A program made the position numbers and the translations under genes. This document shows, piece after piece, positions 41,510-53,678 of a stretch of DNA of 64,000 bases (position 1 is its first letter; each line of letters starts with the position of its first letter). The notes below the pieces were generated by a model. The model did no database searches. It was not told where the DNA came from and worked only from the letters and a program-made list of their open reading frames with translations. The DNA comes from an uncultured delta proteobacterium (lineage in GTDB: Bacteria > Desulfobacterota > Binatia > UBA9968): assembly GCA_963755715.1 (NCBI GenBank), contig CAVWLW010000024.1:153444-217443 (forward strand), written 5' to 3'.

Positions 41510-42328
41510 ATGATTGTCGATTCCGAAAAGTTTCGCGAGTTCGAACATGCCGGTTGGGAAAACATACCGGACCAATACCATGAAGCTTTCGGCAATCTGA
41601 CGACTCAGACCATCGGCGCCCTCTTGGCCGCCGCGCGAGTGAAGAAGGGTGTCAAGTTTCTCGATATCGCCAGCGGACCGGGCTATGTCGCGGCGGCGGC
41701 GGCGAAACGCGGCGCCACGGTGCTGGGTGTCGATTTTTCCAGCTCGATGATCGAGCAGGCGCGGCGACTTCACCCCGAAATTGATTTTCGCGAGGGTGAC
41801 GCTGAGCACCTGCCGTTGGGAAACGGTTTGTTCGACGCGGCAGCAATGAATTTCGGCATTCTCCATCTCGGCCATCCGGAAAAGGCCCTGGTCGAAGCGC
41901 ATCGGGTGTTGCGCGCCGGAGGACGCTTCGCATTCTCCGTCTGGTGTAACCCGAAAGAAACCATCGGTTTCGGAATTGTCCTGCGCGCCGTCGAAGCTCA
42001 CGGCGAGCCGCGCGTCGACTTGCCCGAAGGCCCGCCGTTTTTTCGTTACAGCGATCCCGAGGAATGCAGCCGCGGACTGATTGCCGCCGGCTTCGAGTCG
42101 CCGAGCATAAAAAAGATTTCGCAAGTGTGGCGCTTGCCGGCGGGCGACGGTCTGTTCGATGCGATGAAAGACAGCACGGTGCGCACAGCGGGATTGCTGC
42201 GCGCGCAGAAGCCGACGATTTTGCAAAAAATTCGCAGCGTCATGCGCGAAGAGTTAAAAAAATACACTAAGGGCGATATCGTCAAACTGCCGATGCCGGC
42301 GCTGGTCGCCTCGGGGCTAAAACCGTAA
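41510..42328 (+). CDS. Class I SAM-dependent methyltransferase
   Basis: LDIASGPG, GVDFS, GDAEHLP, RVLRAGG. Confidence 0.9.
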   Translation: MIVDSEKFREFEHAGWENIPDQYHEAFGNLTTQTIGALLAAARVKKGVKFLDIASGPGYVAAAAAKRGATVLGVDFSSSMIEQARRLHPEIDFREGDAEHLPLGNGLFDAAAMNFGILHLGHPEKALVEAHRVLRAGGRFAFSVWCNPKETIGFGIVLRAVEAHGEPRVDLPEGPPFFRYSDPEECSRGLIAAGFESPSIKKISQVWRLPAGDGLFDAMKDSTVRTAGLLRAQKPTILQKIRSVMREELKKYTKGDIVKLPMPALVASGLKP

Positions 42329-42354
42329 AAGGACTGTCACTGCCCGTCTACTCG

Positions 42355-43974
42355 TCAAGGTCCGTGGTGCGTCGCCAATGGACTCGCATCCGCGAGCTCC
42401 ATCATTTTCCGCGTTAGCTTTTCTGTCAGCTCATAACGCCGGTCGCGCGATTGCGGATCATCCCAAAGATTGTTCATTTCGTGCGGATCCTTGGCTAGAT
42501 CGTAAAGCTCGCCCCAGTCGACACCCTCGTACAAAGTTAAGCGGGATTCTTCGGTAATCAAACTGCGCGCGCGGAAATTATTTTTCAGCCCCATGTAGCC
42601 GCGCCGCTGGTGCTCTTCGATGAGGAGCGAATCGTGGCCGGATTTCTCGCCTCGTATCACCGGCAGTAAACTGATTCCCTGCATCCCGTTAGGGCCCTTG
42701 CAGAGCGGCGCGATCGAGAATCGTATTGGCGATATCCAGGGTGCCGCAAAGGCTGGCGTTGGCGCCCGCCGCGCGATCGGCGCTCGGGATCATGCCAAAT
42801 GAACGGCACGCGCACCAATCCGTGATAGTGCAGCGCGCCTTTGAGCAGGAGCTGATGATCGCCCATGAAGTCGCCGTGGTCGCTGGTGAACACGACCACC
42901 GTGTCTTCATCGAGCCGGAGCGTTTTCAGCCAACCCAAGAATGCTGCCGACGGCATCGTCGATCATCGAGATCATGCCGTAGGTGAGCGCGATCGCTTCG
43001 CGGGCTTCACGCTCGCTGATGGCAAAGGTGCGTTGGCCGTCTCTGTTGCTCTTGTTCTGCGCGCGCTCTTCGTAGAGATTTCTGCAAGATGCGGCGGGAT
43101 CGGTCGCTCACCGAGATGAAACGACGACGGCAAGCGGATCGTTTCCGGATCGTACATATCCCAATAGCGGCCCGGCGGGGTGAATGGATGGTGCGGATCA
43201 GGGAAACGAGCATTGAAGATAAAAACGGCCGGCTGCGGTCGGTGCGCGCATAATTCTCCAGATATATCATCGTACGCTCGGCGACGTATGCGGTCGGATA
43301 GAGCTCTTCCGGAATTCGCGTGCGCCAGGCTTGCGGCGCAGTGTAACGGTTGCCCGGCAGTTGGTTTTCCGCGCCGCGCAGCGAGTCGGGATTCGGCATG
43401 GCGCGCGCTTGAGCCAGCGCGCGTAGTGGCCGACGGCTTTATCGCCGTGGCCGATGGCAAACTCGACGTGGTCAAAGCCGTAATAGGGGAGCGTCGGCTC
43501 GAAATTGGGCTCGTGTTCCCAGGTGGACGGCAACTCCTGATCGTAGCGGCCGTGTTGGGTCAAGCGTATTGTCGGCCTCGCGGAGATGGTCCGGCGGAGG
43601 CGTTACGTCGGCATCGAGCATCAGGCATGCCGATCGTCGGGGCGATTGCCGTTGATGCTTTGCAGATGACATTTGCCGACCAGCGCGGTGTCGTATCCCG
43701 CAGCGCGCAAAATATCGACAAAAGTGGTCGCCGTGAGCGAAAGCGGAATGCCGTTTTGCCGTGCGCCGTGCAACGACGGCATGCGTCCGGTCATCAGCGT
43801 GGCGCGGTTGGGCATGCAGATCGGCGTCGCCACATAAAAGCGCTCAAAGCGGGTGCCGTTATCGGCCAGCCGGTCGATATTCGGCGTGCGCACGATCGGG
43901 TTGCCGTAGCAGCCGAGATGGTCGGCGCGGTGCTGATCGGTGATGATAAAGAGGAAATTGGGTCTGTTCGCCAT
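42355..43974 (-). CDS. Formylglycine-type sulfatase (many frameshifts)
   Basis: RPNFLFIITDQ, CMPNR (CxPxR), GKCH, FPDPHHP, FTSDHGD, ELYDL..DP.E. Confidence 0.85.
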
Positions 43975-44064
43975 GAGAATTTCTGAACCTCGAGCTTGGC
44001 CGTATCACACTCAATTATTAATGAAAATGCTCCCAGGTATTGCGGGGAGCTGCTCACTCGAATC

Positions 44065-44238
44065 ATGACCGATGCGGCAGTTGTGATTAGCGTTTACCGA
44101 TTGCGGTTGGTGAACTGAATATGATCATGCTTCTGCGCATTCCCGGCGGCGTCCATGGCGGTCACATCGCTTTCCAGGAGACAAAAGAGATCCGACGACG
44201 AATGATGCTCGACACGGCGTTGCGCGAAGTGCGTAGTT
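44065..44238 (+). pseudogene. Degenerate 5' copy of the NUDIX gene at 46501
   Basis: MTDAAVVISVYR..MLLRIPGGVHGGHIAF..DKRDP..MLDTALREVR versus MIDAAMMIPVYR..MILRNPGGVHGGQVAF..KRDP..MLDTALREVR. Confidence 0.8.
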
Positions 44239-44446
44239 GAGCGTGTACTAGCCACACAATGAATACCTGGTTTTCTTTCTCTGGCATTGAGTTGCCCACG
44301 GAAAGCTGTTTGAATCTGTCGATGTTGACTATCGTGCTGAATGGTGCCGGTTCTTCTGGGCGAGATGTACTGGGTGTATATCTGCTCAACGACGAAAGGA
44401 ATCTGTAATCCAGGCTAAAAAAAGCAAGGCAATACGCGTAAAGCCA

Positions 44447-46409
44447 TGGCGCCTTTCAGGGCTATTAGCTTATAGTTGAGGTGCAAAACGTTCGATATTC
44501 CGACAATTCTCGATTGGGATCGGGTACAGAGATTTGCAGCAGCAAAGTTATCTAAAAACTTTCGGCTCCGTTTCAGCGATCCATCGTATTCTCCTGTGGA
44601 TGTCAATTGCCACTGTTGCCCTCTTGCAGGTTGCTCAATCGATTTTGGGGGTTGTGACACAGATATTCGAGGCGAAGTCAGACTTCGGTATCGTTTGATG
44701 GACGTTTGCGACTCTAACCCGATTTCTGTGCGCATTGTGTATTGTGGACTCGATCAGACTCCAAAGTAACCGTCGTTGGCTCGAAAAAACTCTCGCATTC
44801 ACAGTCACGACCTATACAATCTGTGGCTGTTTCTTCTGCCTTTACCGAATCGGACACAAGTTTTCCTTCGATTGGTTTTGGGCTTGGTACAACCGTGCCG
44901 ACGTTTTCCGTACGCTGATGGCTTTGGATGAGCGTGCTCCGCGTTTCATCTTAATGGGTTCGATCATTATAGTCTTGCATGACTTCGGATTAAGAGAAAT
45001 TTTTCTCACGGCTGCGGCCGACTGCGACGAACCAGATCCATACGGGTTCAAAATACTTTAGCTGGCTAAAGTTATGGGGGGGTATATTCTTGCTCGGCTG
45101 GACTCTCGTCTACATCGACAACGAACCGAAGAATGTCGTGCTGCAGTCGATTAAACCCACTCCCCTGGCAACCGCCGTATATCTCAAATACTTTGAAGAC
45201 CTCGTTGATTCAAAACAAGACTAACATTCTTTCCGCTGGAAATTCAGAGCAAGACCGGAACTTATTTCTCATTCACCTCGAGAGTTTAAATGCCTGATTC
45301 TTGAACCCAACAATCACTCCGAATTTGCTGCAATACGCGGCTAAAGATGGCATTCTGGTCTCCGAAATCCTAGTACCTCAATCCTTACGATTCGCTCACA
45401 GGAAACCATTCTCTGCTCTGTCTTACCTGCACTTAAACAAAACATCGCATCCCAGCGAGTTCTAACGGAGGGCTTGATATGCCTTCCCAAAATACTGCGG
45501 CAAAGAGGCTTCAAGACGTTGTATTTTCATAGCTATCCGAGTCTAGAATTTGCTAATCGTGATGTGTTCCTGAGAAGCATTGGATTTGATGAATTGCACG
45601 CCGCCGATGTCATGAAACCTGGAGACAAATTATTGAGTTGGGGTTATCCGGAAGATGTCTTTTATCAACGTGTTTTTGAATATCTCGAAAGATACCGGGG
45701 ACAAAAGATCTTTGCCTATATCGGAGTGAACACAACCAATCATTTTCCATTCTACGACGAAGAGAAGAGAGAGGCATTTCCACAATTTGCGCGTGCATTG
45801 CCGTTTTTGCGAGCTGATACTCTAAAGGAAAAAATTGCCAACACGACGTTTATTCAAGACCAGTTTTTTGGGGAAATGTACAGAAACTTCGTCGAAAAGG
45901 GTTACGCTAAGAATTCACATATGGTCGCTTTCGGCGATCATTCGTGGCCTATCGGGATTCACGCCAACAATATCTACAGTGAGAATAATGCATTTCAAGA
46001 AAATTTTGTCACTTCCCTCGCAATCATCCTGGCGGCTCCAGACCGCCGACGCTATCGGATTGGTTCACAGGTCAAACGATTATATAGTTATCTCGATTTC
46101 TTGCCTACGCTGCTGGAAATGTACGGAATTACGGGTCTCAGGCTCGATGGTCACTCGTTTTTGGCGGAATCTTTGCTCGAACGGGAAACGAAGCAGGAGC
46201 GCTGCGCGATGGCAGTGAAGCCGTTCGGCGGCGGTTATATTGCTATCATCAATTACCCTCGGAAGTATATTTTTAAACTCGCCAACAATACCGTAACGAT
46301 TTATGACTTGAACCAAGACCCAAACGAAGCATCTCCATTAGTGACGAAAGAGGCCGATTCCGAATCGCTTGAAGTTCTAGAAGGATGTCTTACATCTCTA
46401 AGACCTTGA
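44447..46409 (+). CDS. LTA synthase (LtaS)/sulfatase-like membrane protein; N-half fragmented, start approximate; AT-richer
   Basis: NLFLIHLESLN near 45260, ITPNL, T-IRSQE, GFDE, TTNHFPF, FGDH, IYDL..DP.E. Confidence 0.7.
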
Positions 46410-46500
46410 AGTCTGCCTGGTGACGTTGAGGCCTGGATACGACAAGAAAAGGTCAATGACGATGGCTCGCTTGTGCCCTTTGAGAAAATGTAAGAGATAG

Positions 46501-47016
46501 ATGATCGACGCCGCAATGATGATCCCGGTCTACCGGGCCGCTGACGGCAGCTTGCGCATCGTAATGATTCTGCGCAATCCCGGCGGGGTCCATGGCGGGC
46601 AGGTTGCCTTTCCGGGAGGCAAACGAGATCCCGAAGACGAAACCATGCTCGACACCGCCCTACGCGAAGTGCGCGAGGAGCTTGGTCTTGTCGTGCCGAA
46701 GCAGGACGTGCTCGCCGAGTTGCCAATGGAGCAGACTCGAACGACGGGTTATCGCGTGTTTCCCTATCTCGCGCGCATCTCCGTACCGGATCAGTGGCAG
46801 ATCGCCGAACGGGAAATCGCCGAGATCATTGACGTCAAGCTCAGCGATCTCATACGCCCGGGTGTCCACGACAAGATGATCGACCGATTTCCCACCTGGA
46901 CCAAGGCGGAGCAGGTATCCTATTATCAAATTGGCCAGCACCGGCTGTGGGGTTTGTCCTATCGAATTCTTAATCCAGTGATTCCGCGGCTGGTGGCGGG
47001 AGAGTGGGATGTTTAA
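46501..47016 (+). CDS. NUDIX hydrolase (CoA pyrophosphatase-like)
   Basis: HGGQVAFPGG..D....TALREVREELG, LWGLS. Confidence 0.9.
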   Translation: MIDAAMMIPVYRAADGSLRIVMILRNPGGVHGGQVAFPGGKRDPEDETMLDTALREVREELGLVVPKQDVLAELPMEQTRTTGYRVFPYLARISVPDQWQIAEREIAEIIDVKLSDLIRPGVHDKMIDRFPTWTKAEQVSYYQIGQHRLWGLSYRILNPVIPRLVAGEWDV

Positions 47017-47114
47017 GAACTCGTGATCGTGGACGTGATCGTGTTCGATCGGATTCAAGTACAAGACGTGTTTGAACGCTCAGAAATTTGGCTGGAAGAA
47101 AAAAGGAGAACACC

Positions 47115-48335
47115 ATGGACTTTAGCTTGCAACAAGACACGCCCGAGATCGGGGCGTTTCGCCAAGAGGTGCGCGGCTGGCTGGCGGAAAACATGAAGGG
47201 CAGCGAGCATCTGCGCTGGTCGGGCAACTGGTCGACGCGGGAGAACGACGAGGAATACCGTTTTCGCCGCGCGCTGGCCGGAAAACTGGGTCGGAAGCGC
47301 TGGCTGTTTCCGACGTATCCAGTGAAATACGGCGGCGCCGGTTTGACTCTCGATCATCAGTTCGTGCTCGAAACCGAAATCGACCGCTACGGTCTGTCGC
47401 TCGGTTCGGTCTTTTACACTCTGGCGCGTCTGGTGGCGCCGGCGTTGATGAAGTTCGGCACGGAGGAACAAAAGATGGAGTTCCTGCCGCCGATGACGCG
47501 CGGCGAGCTTGCCGTCTGGCAAGTGCTGACCGAGCCGCAAGGCGGCAGCGACGTGGCCAACTGCCAGACCAAAGCGATACGCGACGGCGATCACTACGTC
47601 GTCAACGGGCAAAAAGTTTTGGTTGGCCATCATCTGCCGCCGGATTATCTCTGGACGTTCGTCTGCACCAACCCAGCCGGCAAGCGCCACGAGAATCTGG
47701 GCTGGCTTTATATTCCCGCCAACTTGCCCGGGATCACGCTGCAGCACATGCACTTGATGATGGGCATCAAGAACGCGGTGTTCTTCGACAACGTGCGCGT
47801 GCCGGCGAAATATCTGGTCGGCGGCGAGAACAACGGCTGGAAAGTGGCCAACAGCTATCTTGAACTGGAACATGGCGGTGGCGGCAGCGTGGCCGAGCAG
47901 CCGCTGTTCAAGCGGCTCATCGAGCATTGCCAAAAAGCCGATTTCGACGGCGAGAGCCTGATGGAAGATCAAGACATCCGCGATGAGATCGCCGATATGC
48001 TGATCGATCTCGACGTGCAGCGGCTCATGGGTTTGCGCAATTTCTGGCACCGCTACGTGCGTGAACCGCATGCCTACGGCGGGCCGCAGTTTCTTTATTT
48101 TCAGCGGATGGTCCGATTGCGCAATTCCGAGCGGGTACAAAAAATTCTCGGCTACGATGCCCTGGTGCCGGACAACTCGGTCCATGAAGTGGCCGACTTC
48201 GAATACACCGTGCGCAGCGGCCCCGGCTGGCTCCACGGCGGCGGCACGCTGGATACGGACCGCTTGATCATCGCGCGGCGGCTGGGGCTGGGACGGCCGG
48301 CACAAGAGGCGGCGCCGACGACGGTCGGGGAATAA
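47115..48335 (+). CDS. Acyl-CoA dehydrogenase
   Basis: FRQEVRGWL, TEPQGGSD, VNGQK, VFFDNVRVP, GW.VA, GGGT. Confidence 0.92.
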   Translation: MDFSLQQDTPEIGAFRQEVRGWLAENMKGSEHLRWSGNWSTRENDEEYRFRRALAGKLGRKRWLFPTYPVKYGGAGLTLDHQFVLETEIDRYGLSLGSVFYTLARLVAPALMKFGTEEQKMEFLPPMTRGELAVWQVLTEPQGGSDVANCQTKAIRDGDHYVVNGQKVLVGHHLPPDYLWTFVCTNPAGKRHENLGWLYIPANLPGITLQHMHLMMGIKNAVFFDNVRVPAKYLVGGENNGWKVANSYLELEHGGGGSVAEQPLFKRLIEHCQKADFDGESLMEDQDIRDEIADMLIDLDVQRLMGLRNFWHRYVREPHAYGGPQFLYFQRMVRLRNSERVQKILGYDALVPDNSVHEVADFEYTVRSGPGWLHGGGTLDTDRLIIARRLGLGRPAQEAAPTTVGE

Positions 48336-48348
48336 ACGCAAAATTGCC

Positions 48349-48376
48349 GTAGGGGCCGGTCGCGACCGGCCCCTAC
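48349..48376. repeat. GTAG-type REP palindrome
   Basis: gtaggggccggtcg-cgaccggcccctac perfect inverted repeat. Confidence 0.8.
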
Positions 48377-48408
48377 GAGATCGCAGGAAAATTGAGAGGA
48401 ACGAGACC

Positions 48409-49546
48409 ATGGACCTAAAACTCAACGACGACCAAAACATGTTGAAAAAAGTCGCGGCGGATTTCGTCAAGGGGGAGGCGCCGTCCTATGTGATTACCGA
48501 TTGGTATCAGAAGAAGCAGGCTTTCGTCCCTGCGCTTTACAAAAAGACGGCTGAGTTGGGTTGGCTTGGCATGACCGTGCCGGATGAGTTTGGCGGCGGC
48601 GGGTCTTCTGCCATCGACTGCGCGGTGGTGTTCGAGGAACTTGGCCGCGGGCCGCTGCCGGGTCCCTATTTTTCTTGCGGCGTCCTGGCGGCGCAGTTGA
48701 TTCTCGACGGCGGTTCTGCGGCGCTGAAGAAAGCCTGGCTGCCGAAGATTTGCGACGGCAGCTGCCGTGATCATCCCGGCGATCTCCGACGACCCAATGC
48801 AATTCGGCCCGCGCTCGGTGCAGACCCGGGCATTCAAATCCAGTGATGGCTACAGATTCCATGGCACCAAACGCTTCGTCCAGGATGGCTCCGCGGCGAG
48901 TCATTTCATTGTGGCGGCGCGCGATGAAGCAGGCCAAGTCGTCCTGGCGCTGGTGAAACGCAATGCTCCGGGCGTGACAGTGGATGAGGTCGATGGTTTC
49001 ATGATCGGCGCGGCGCAAGTGAAGCTCGATGGCGTCGCAGTTGCCAAGGACGCAATGCTGAACGGCAGCGGCGGCGGCTGGTCGGTGGTGGAGTCGGCGC
49101 TGGGCAAAGTCTTGCCGGTCCTGTGCGCCTACAAGGTCGGCGCCTGCCAGGAAATTTTCGAGATGACCAACGAATATACCCGCACCCGCGTGGTCTTCGG
49201 CCAGCCCATCGGCCGCTTTCAACGAGTGCAGGATCACTGCGTCGATATCTCAATCCATCTCGACGGCGCGCGCTGGACGACTTATGAAACTCTGTGGAAG
49301 CTCGATTCCGGCATCGAAGCGCGGGCGAGCGTGCATCAAGCCAAAGCGGTGGCGAGCGAGGCCTACTATCAGTCCTGTAATTTTTCCCACATGGTCTTCG
49401 CCGGCGCCGGCACCGACTACAAACACCCGTTGATGGCGCACAGCGTACTGGCGCATTCGCTCTATCAATATCTCGGCACGCCACTCTATCATAAGCGCGC
49501 CATGGTCGATGCGTTGTATCCCCGTAAAATTAGGGGAGCGAGTTAG
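48409..49546 (+). CDS. Acyl-CoA dehydrogenase partner subunit (frameshift near 48765)
   Basis: ELGWLG..VPDEFGG, EELGR, GTKRFV, R.VFGQPIGRFQ. Confidence 0.88.
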
Positions 49547-49613
49547 GGGTCAAGCGCCGACGAAGAGAATGATTCCGGCACGGTATCGAATAAGATACGA
49601 TTGGTATGTTCGG

Positions 49614-49710
49614 TCGTCATTCCGGGCAACACCCGGCGAAGGCCGGGGGCGAACATCCGGAATCCAGAAATTTCAAAGGAATCTGGATACTGGCCTTCGC
49701 CGGTAAGACG
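49614..49710. repeat. REP/RIME-like palindromic element
   Basis: cgtcattccg...ccggcgaaggccgg...ggaatccag...ctggatac.ggccttcgccgg..agacg. Confidence 0.7.
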
Positions 49711-49752
49711 ATTAGACCTCTACATTTTATTCGTCGACTCTCTGCATAGACA

Positions 49753-51326
49753 CTAGAATTTCACGAAAATCTCTTTAGCTTCGTCGCCGGTGAGCTGCTT
49801 GATCGTCGAGATCCGGTCGCTGAATTCCTTCAAGGTCCCGAGCGATGCCGGACCCATGTCGATCAGGATCGAAAAGAGCGAGAAGCCAAGTTTTTCTTTT
49901 TCTTCGCGAAAATGTTCGGCCCATTCGGGGATCGACCTGGCATTCGCCGTCGGTGATAAAGATAATATCGCCCTTTTTGAAGCGCGATTCTCTCAGGCAT
50001 TCCAGCGCCGCATCCAGGGGCGTCTGAAAGTCGGTGCCGCCGCCGGGAAAATATTCGGCCAAATCCATGACTGCCTTGGTTTCGACTTCATAACGGTCGC
50101 GCGGATTCATGTCGAGAACCTGCAGCGGCGTCTCGGCGGAAGAGAAGCAGATCGAGCGAAACAGCCGGCGCTGCTTGCGGGCGATTTCCATCAACGTCAG
50201 CGCCACCGCTTTGGACCAGATTTCCTTGTCGCCGGACATGGACGAGCTGCCGTCGAGACAGACGATCATCGGCCCTTTGCCTTTTTCTTCGACGCCGCGC
50301 AGCGAATACTGAATCAACTCTTGATCGAGAAAGCGGCGGTAAAAATCCTTGCGCAGGATGGGATGGTGCAGCATCAACATCTCGTGGGGCAGGAGACGAT
50401 GGATCGAATCGCCGCGTTCGACTTCCAAGCACTTCTTCGCTCGACCGCTCAAAGACTTTTTTGCGCAGCGCCTGAGCGTGGAACTTCATGCGGCCGACCA
50501 TGCGCGCGAGCTTCTTGAGTTTTTCGTTGCCGGCGAGGCGACGGCCAAGCTCGAGCTTTTGGCCCGGCGGCGACTTTTGGCCCGTGCCGACGGTATTGCC
50601 CCAGGTCTCGGCTTCTTCGGTGGCGTCCTCCAGCTCCTGCGCGACTTTAATGGTTTCTGCTTGCATGCGCTGGGTCGCTTGGCCCTCCATCTGTTTGAGA
50701 TCTTCCTTGAGCTGGTCGTCTTGTGGCGCAACAGGGCTTCAGCGCCTTGCACTTCGCCGCCCATCCGTTCCTTGGCCTTGTCCAAAGCTTTTTTACCGTC
50801 CTCGGACATCTGATCTTCGGGAATCGTATCGGCGTTTTCGTATTCCTCGATCTTTCTGATCGACGATTTCTTCCTGCTTTTGAATGTCCCAGAGATCGCG
50901 CATGTCGCGGCGCGTGAGAAATTTTTCCTCACGGACGAGCGCGAGCAGCCGTTCGCCAAGAATCAACGTCGACAATCCGGCGTGGGCCTCGTTCAGCAGA
51001 GTTTGTTCGCGTAGGAAGTCGTACTGGGCGCCGTTGTGAATGGCATGCAGAAAGTTCGCGTTCAGCAGTGCGCTTGGCAGCACTTCCGCATCCGCGTGAT
51101 AAGTGATGTTGTATTTGAAAAGCAGACAAAAAATATCTTGCAACAACGAGGCGAAATGGGGCAGCAAATTGCCGCCGCTCTCTTCCACCTCCCGCAGCGA
51201 GGGCGACTCGGCACGTAAGCTGCTCCCAGACGCGCCGGTCGTAGGCATCGTTTTCGATCCAAGCGGTATTCTTGGGGAGCGGCTGAAAAATTCGCTTGAC
51301 GGGTTTCTACGCGCTTTGGGAGGCAT
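49753..51326 (-). CDS. VWA domain protein (ViaA-like), frameshifted
   Basis: RLLPHE, KGPMIVCLDGSSSM (MIDAS), GGTDF..PL, DIIFITDG. Confidence 0.85.
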
Positions 51327-51397
51327 TCAACCTCGATTGGATTTGCAGAATGAGCGATGCGATGTTCCGATCGCGCATCGCTCCGACGGATGACGGC

Positions 51398-52530
51398 TTA
51401 GAACTGCTCCAGCATATCTTTTTGCAAACGTTCGATCTCGTTGCGCACTGAATTTACCCGATCCACGGGCGCCCCATGCGTTTGGCTTTCTCCAGGATCT
51501 GATCGACTTTGGCAAGAATGTTTCTGAGCTTGGTATGCAATTCGATCAAAGCGCGAGCGCGCTCGTCGCTGGTTCTACTCGGGTCCAAAGCGGACTCGCG
51601 GATTTCCCGAGACTCAAACAGCAGCTCGGTGATCTCTTCTTCGTAACCGAGCAAGAGCTCGCGAATGGTGCCGCGCACCTGCTCGTGTTCGGCGGGGTCG
51701 CGCCATAAAACATGCTCGAGAAAAAACAGATGCTTTTCATAAACCTCGCTCTCGCCATCGAGATAGGCATAAGCTTGCAGCAATGGCAGCGATTGCCGGT
51801 AGCGGCGGTCAGAGGCCTGGATATTTTTCTTGTTCAGCTCGCGGCGGATATCGGCGATGCTGCGAAAGACATGAGCGGGTATCGTGACGGCGCGCGCTTG
51901 GCGCTGGAGCTCGGTCAATTCCTCCAGTGAGAGAGTTGTTCGCTCAGGCGATTTCTGCGACTCGAGCATGCGCAGAAAACGAAAGTCCTCGACGATGTAA
52001 CCGACAATGAAACGGACCAGAAAACGATCATACAATGCGGTCAGCTCTTCTTCTTCGGGGAGCTCGTTGCTGGCGCCGAAGAGCGTCAGCAAGGGCACTG
52101 GCGCTACGTCCTTGCCGTTGTGAAAAAGCCGCTCATTGATCAGCGTCAGAATCGCATTCAATATCGAGGAATTAGCTTTAAAGATCTCATCCAAAAAAGC
52201 AATATGGGCCTCGGGCAATTTACGCGTGGTGACGCGGCGATAATCATCTTGTTCGAGGGCTTTGAGACTCACGGCGCCAAAAATTTCTTCCGGCGTAGTA
52301 AAGCGGGTGAGCAGCCATTGAAAGTAATCGGCGCCGTCGATGCGCCGGCAGAGCTCGTCGGCAAGCATCGACTTCGCCGTGCCAGGCGGTCCGATGATCA
52401 ACAGATGATGTGATGAGAGCAGCGCCGCCAACGCGCCGTCAATCAAGTCGGCGCGTTCCAAGAACGATTGCTTTAGTTCTTCACGAATTTTTTTTAGCTT
52501 GTCTTGGGGTCCCATAATTGCATTTGTCAT
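51398..52530 (-). CDS. MoxR AAA+ ATPase (RavA-like); C-terminal frameshift
   Basis: GPPGTAKS, LTRFTTPEE.FG, FLDEIFKANSSILN, GASNELP, ALYDRF, SDRR. Confidence 0.9.
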
Positions 52531-52623
52531 CAGGGTAGCAAAGCCTCACGGTAGAAACAATCAATGGACTTAAGAGTCACTTTTCGATATGGACAAATCC
52601 AATGACGGGAGGAGAATCAGGGT

Positions 52624-53642
52624 ATGCGAAGACTTATGTTTTGTTTTCTAGTGGCGGGCGTGGTGGCGATCTGCGGCGCAAATATAATTAACGCTCAGGA
52701 TGCCAAATTAATAGAAGCTGCCAAAAAAGAAGGCGGCAAAGTGGTGGTTTATGGTTCGCTCGAGAACGACACAATGGATCTCCTCTCAGCGGCGTTCAAG
52801 AAGAAAACCGGTATCGAGGTGGACTTTTGGCGTGAAGCGGCCAACAAGGTCATGGATCGGGCGGTCACTGAAATGCGCGCGGGTAAGCCTCTCTACGATG
52901 TGGCATTGACCAATACGCCGCCGATGGAGTTTATGTTCAAGGAAGGGGCGCTGGCAAAATACGACTCGCCCTCGGATAAATTTTTTCCCAAGGAAGTCCT
53001 TCACCCTCAACTGGGGCCGCAGTACCGGAACAGCATTATCGGCATTGTTTATCACTCGGGCCTCATCAAGCCGTCCGAGGCGCCGAAGTCCTTGGAGGAT
53101 TTGCTCAAGCCTCAATATCGCGGCAAAGTTGTCATGCCCGACGCCAGCCAGCACACGACCACGGCCCAGTGGTTGGCAAGCCTTCACAAGGTCATGGGCA
53201 GCAAAGAGAAGGCAGACAAGTTCATTCACGACCTCGCGGCGACCAAGCCCCTGTTGGTTCCGTCACTAACCCCGGCAGGCGAGCGGATCACCACGGGCGA
53301 GGCTCCTATCGGCATCGCGTTCATCAAGAACGTGGTTTTCTACGGCAAGAAAGGCGTCCCGCTGGATTACGTGCGCTTGGGCAAATTCATGGGCGACGGA
53401 CAAGTGATCGCGCTCGGCGCCAAGCCGCCACATGCGAACGCCGGCAAAGCCTTTATCGACTTTTTTCTCGGTGAAGAGGGTCTCAAGATCATGGCCGACA
53501 TCGGCGAATTTGTCACCCGTAAAGGGATCTATCCGCCACTGCCGGATGCCAACAAAATCCAACTGGTCGAGATGGTCGACATGGATAAAAAGGCTATGCC
53601 GAAAAAATGGCGGAGTATAAAAAAATCTTTCTCCAACAGTAA
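52624..53642 (+). CDS. Extracellular solute-binding protein (Fe3+/thiamine-like cluster); C-terminal frameshift
   Basis: Signal peptide, AAKKEG.VVVYGS, PKS.EDLL.P.Y.GK, PHANA.K.FIDF. Confidence 0.85.
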
Positions 53643-53678
53643 TTGCCAAAACGATTGACCGGCGACGGGCGGGAGCGC

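Noticed and set aside
19871-48470. Long antisense ORFs (e.g. 19871-21094 +, 40961-42226 -, 47055-48470 -)
   Set aside because: Shadow frames opposite well-supported genes in GC-rich DNA, with no motifs.
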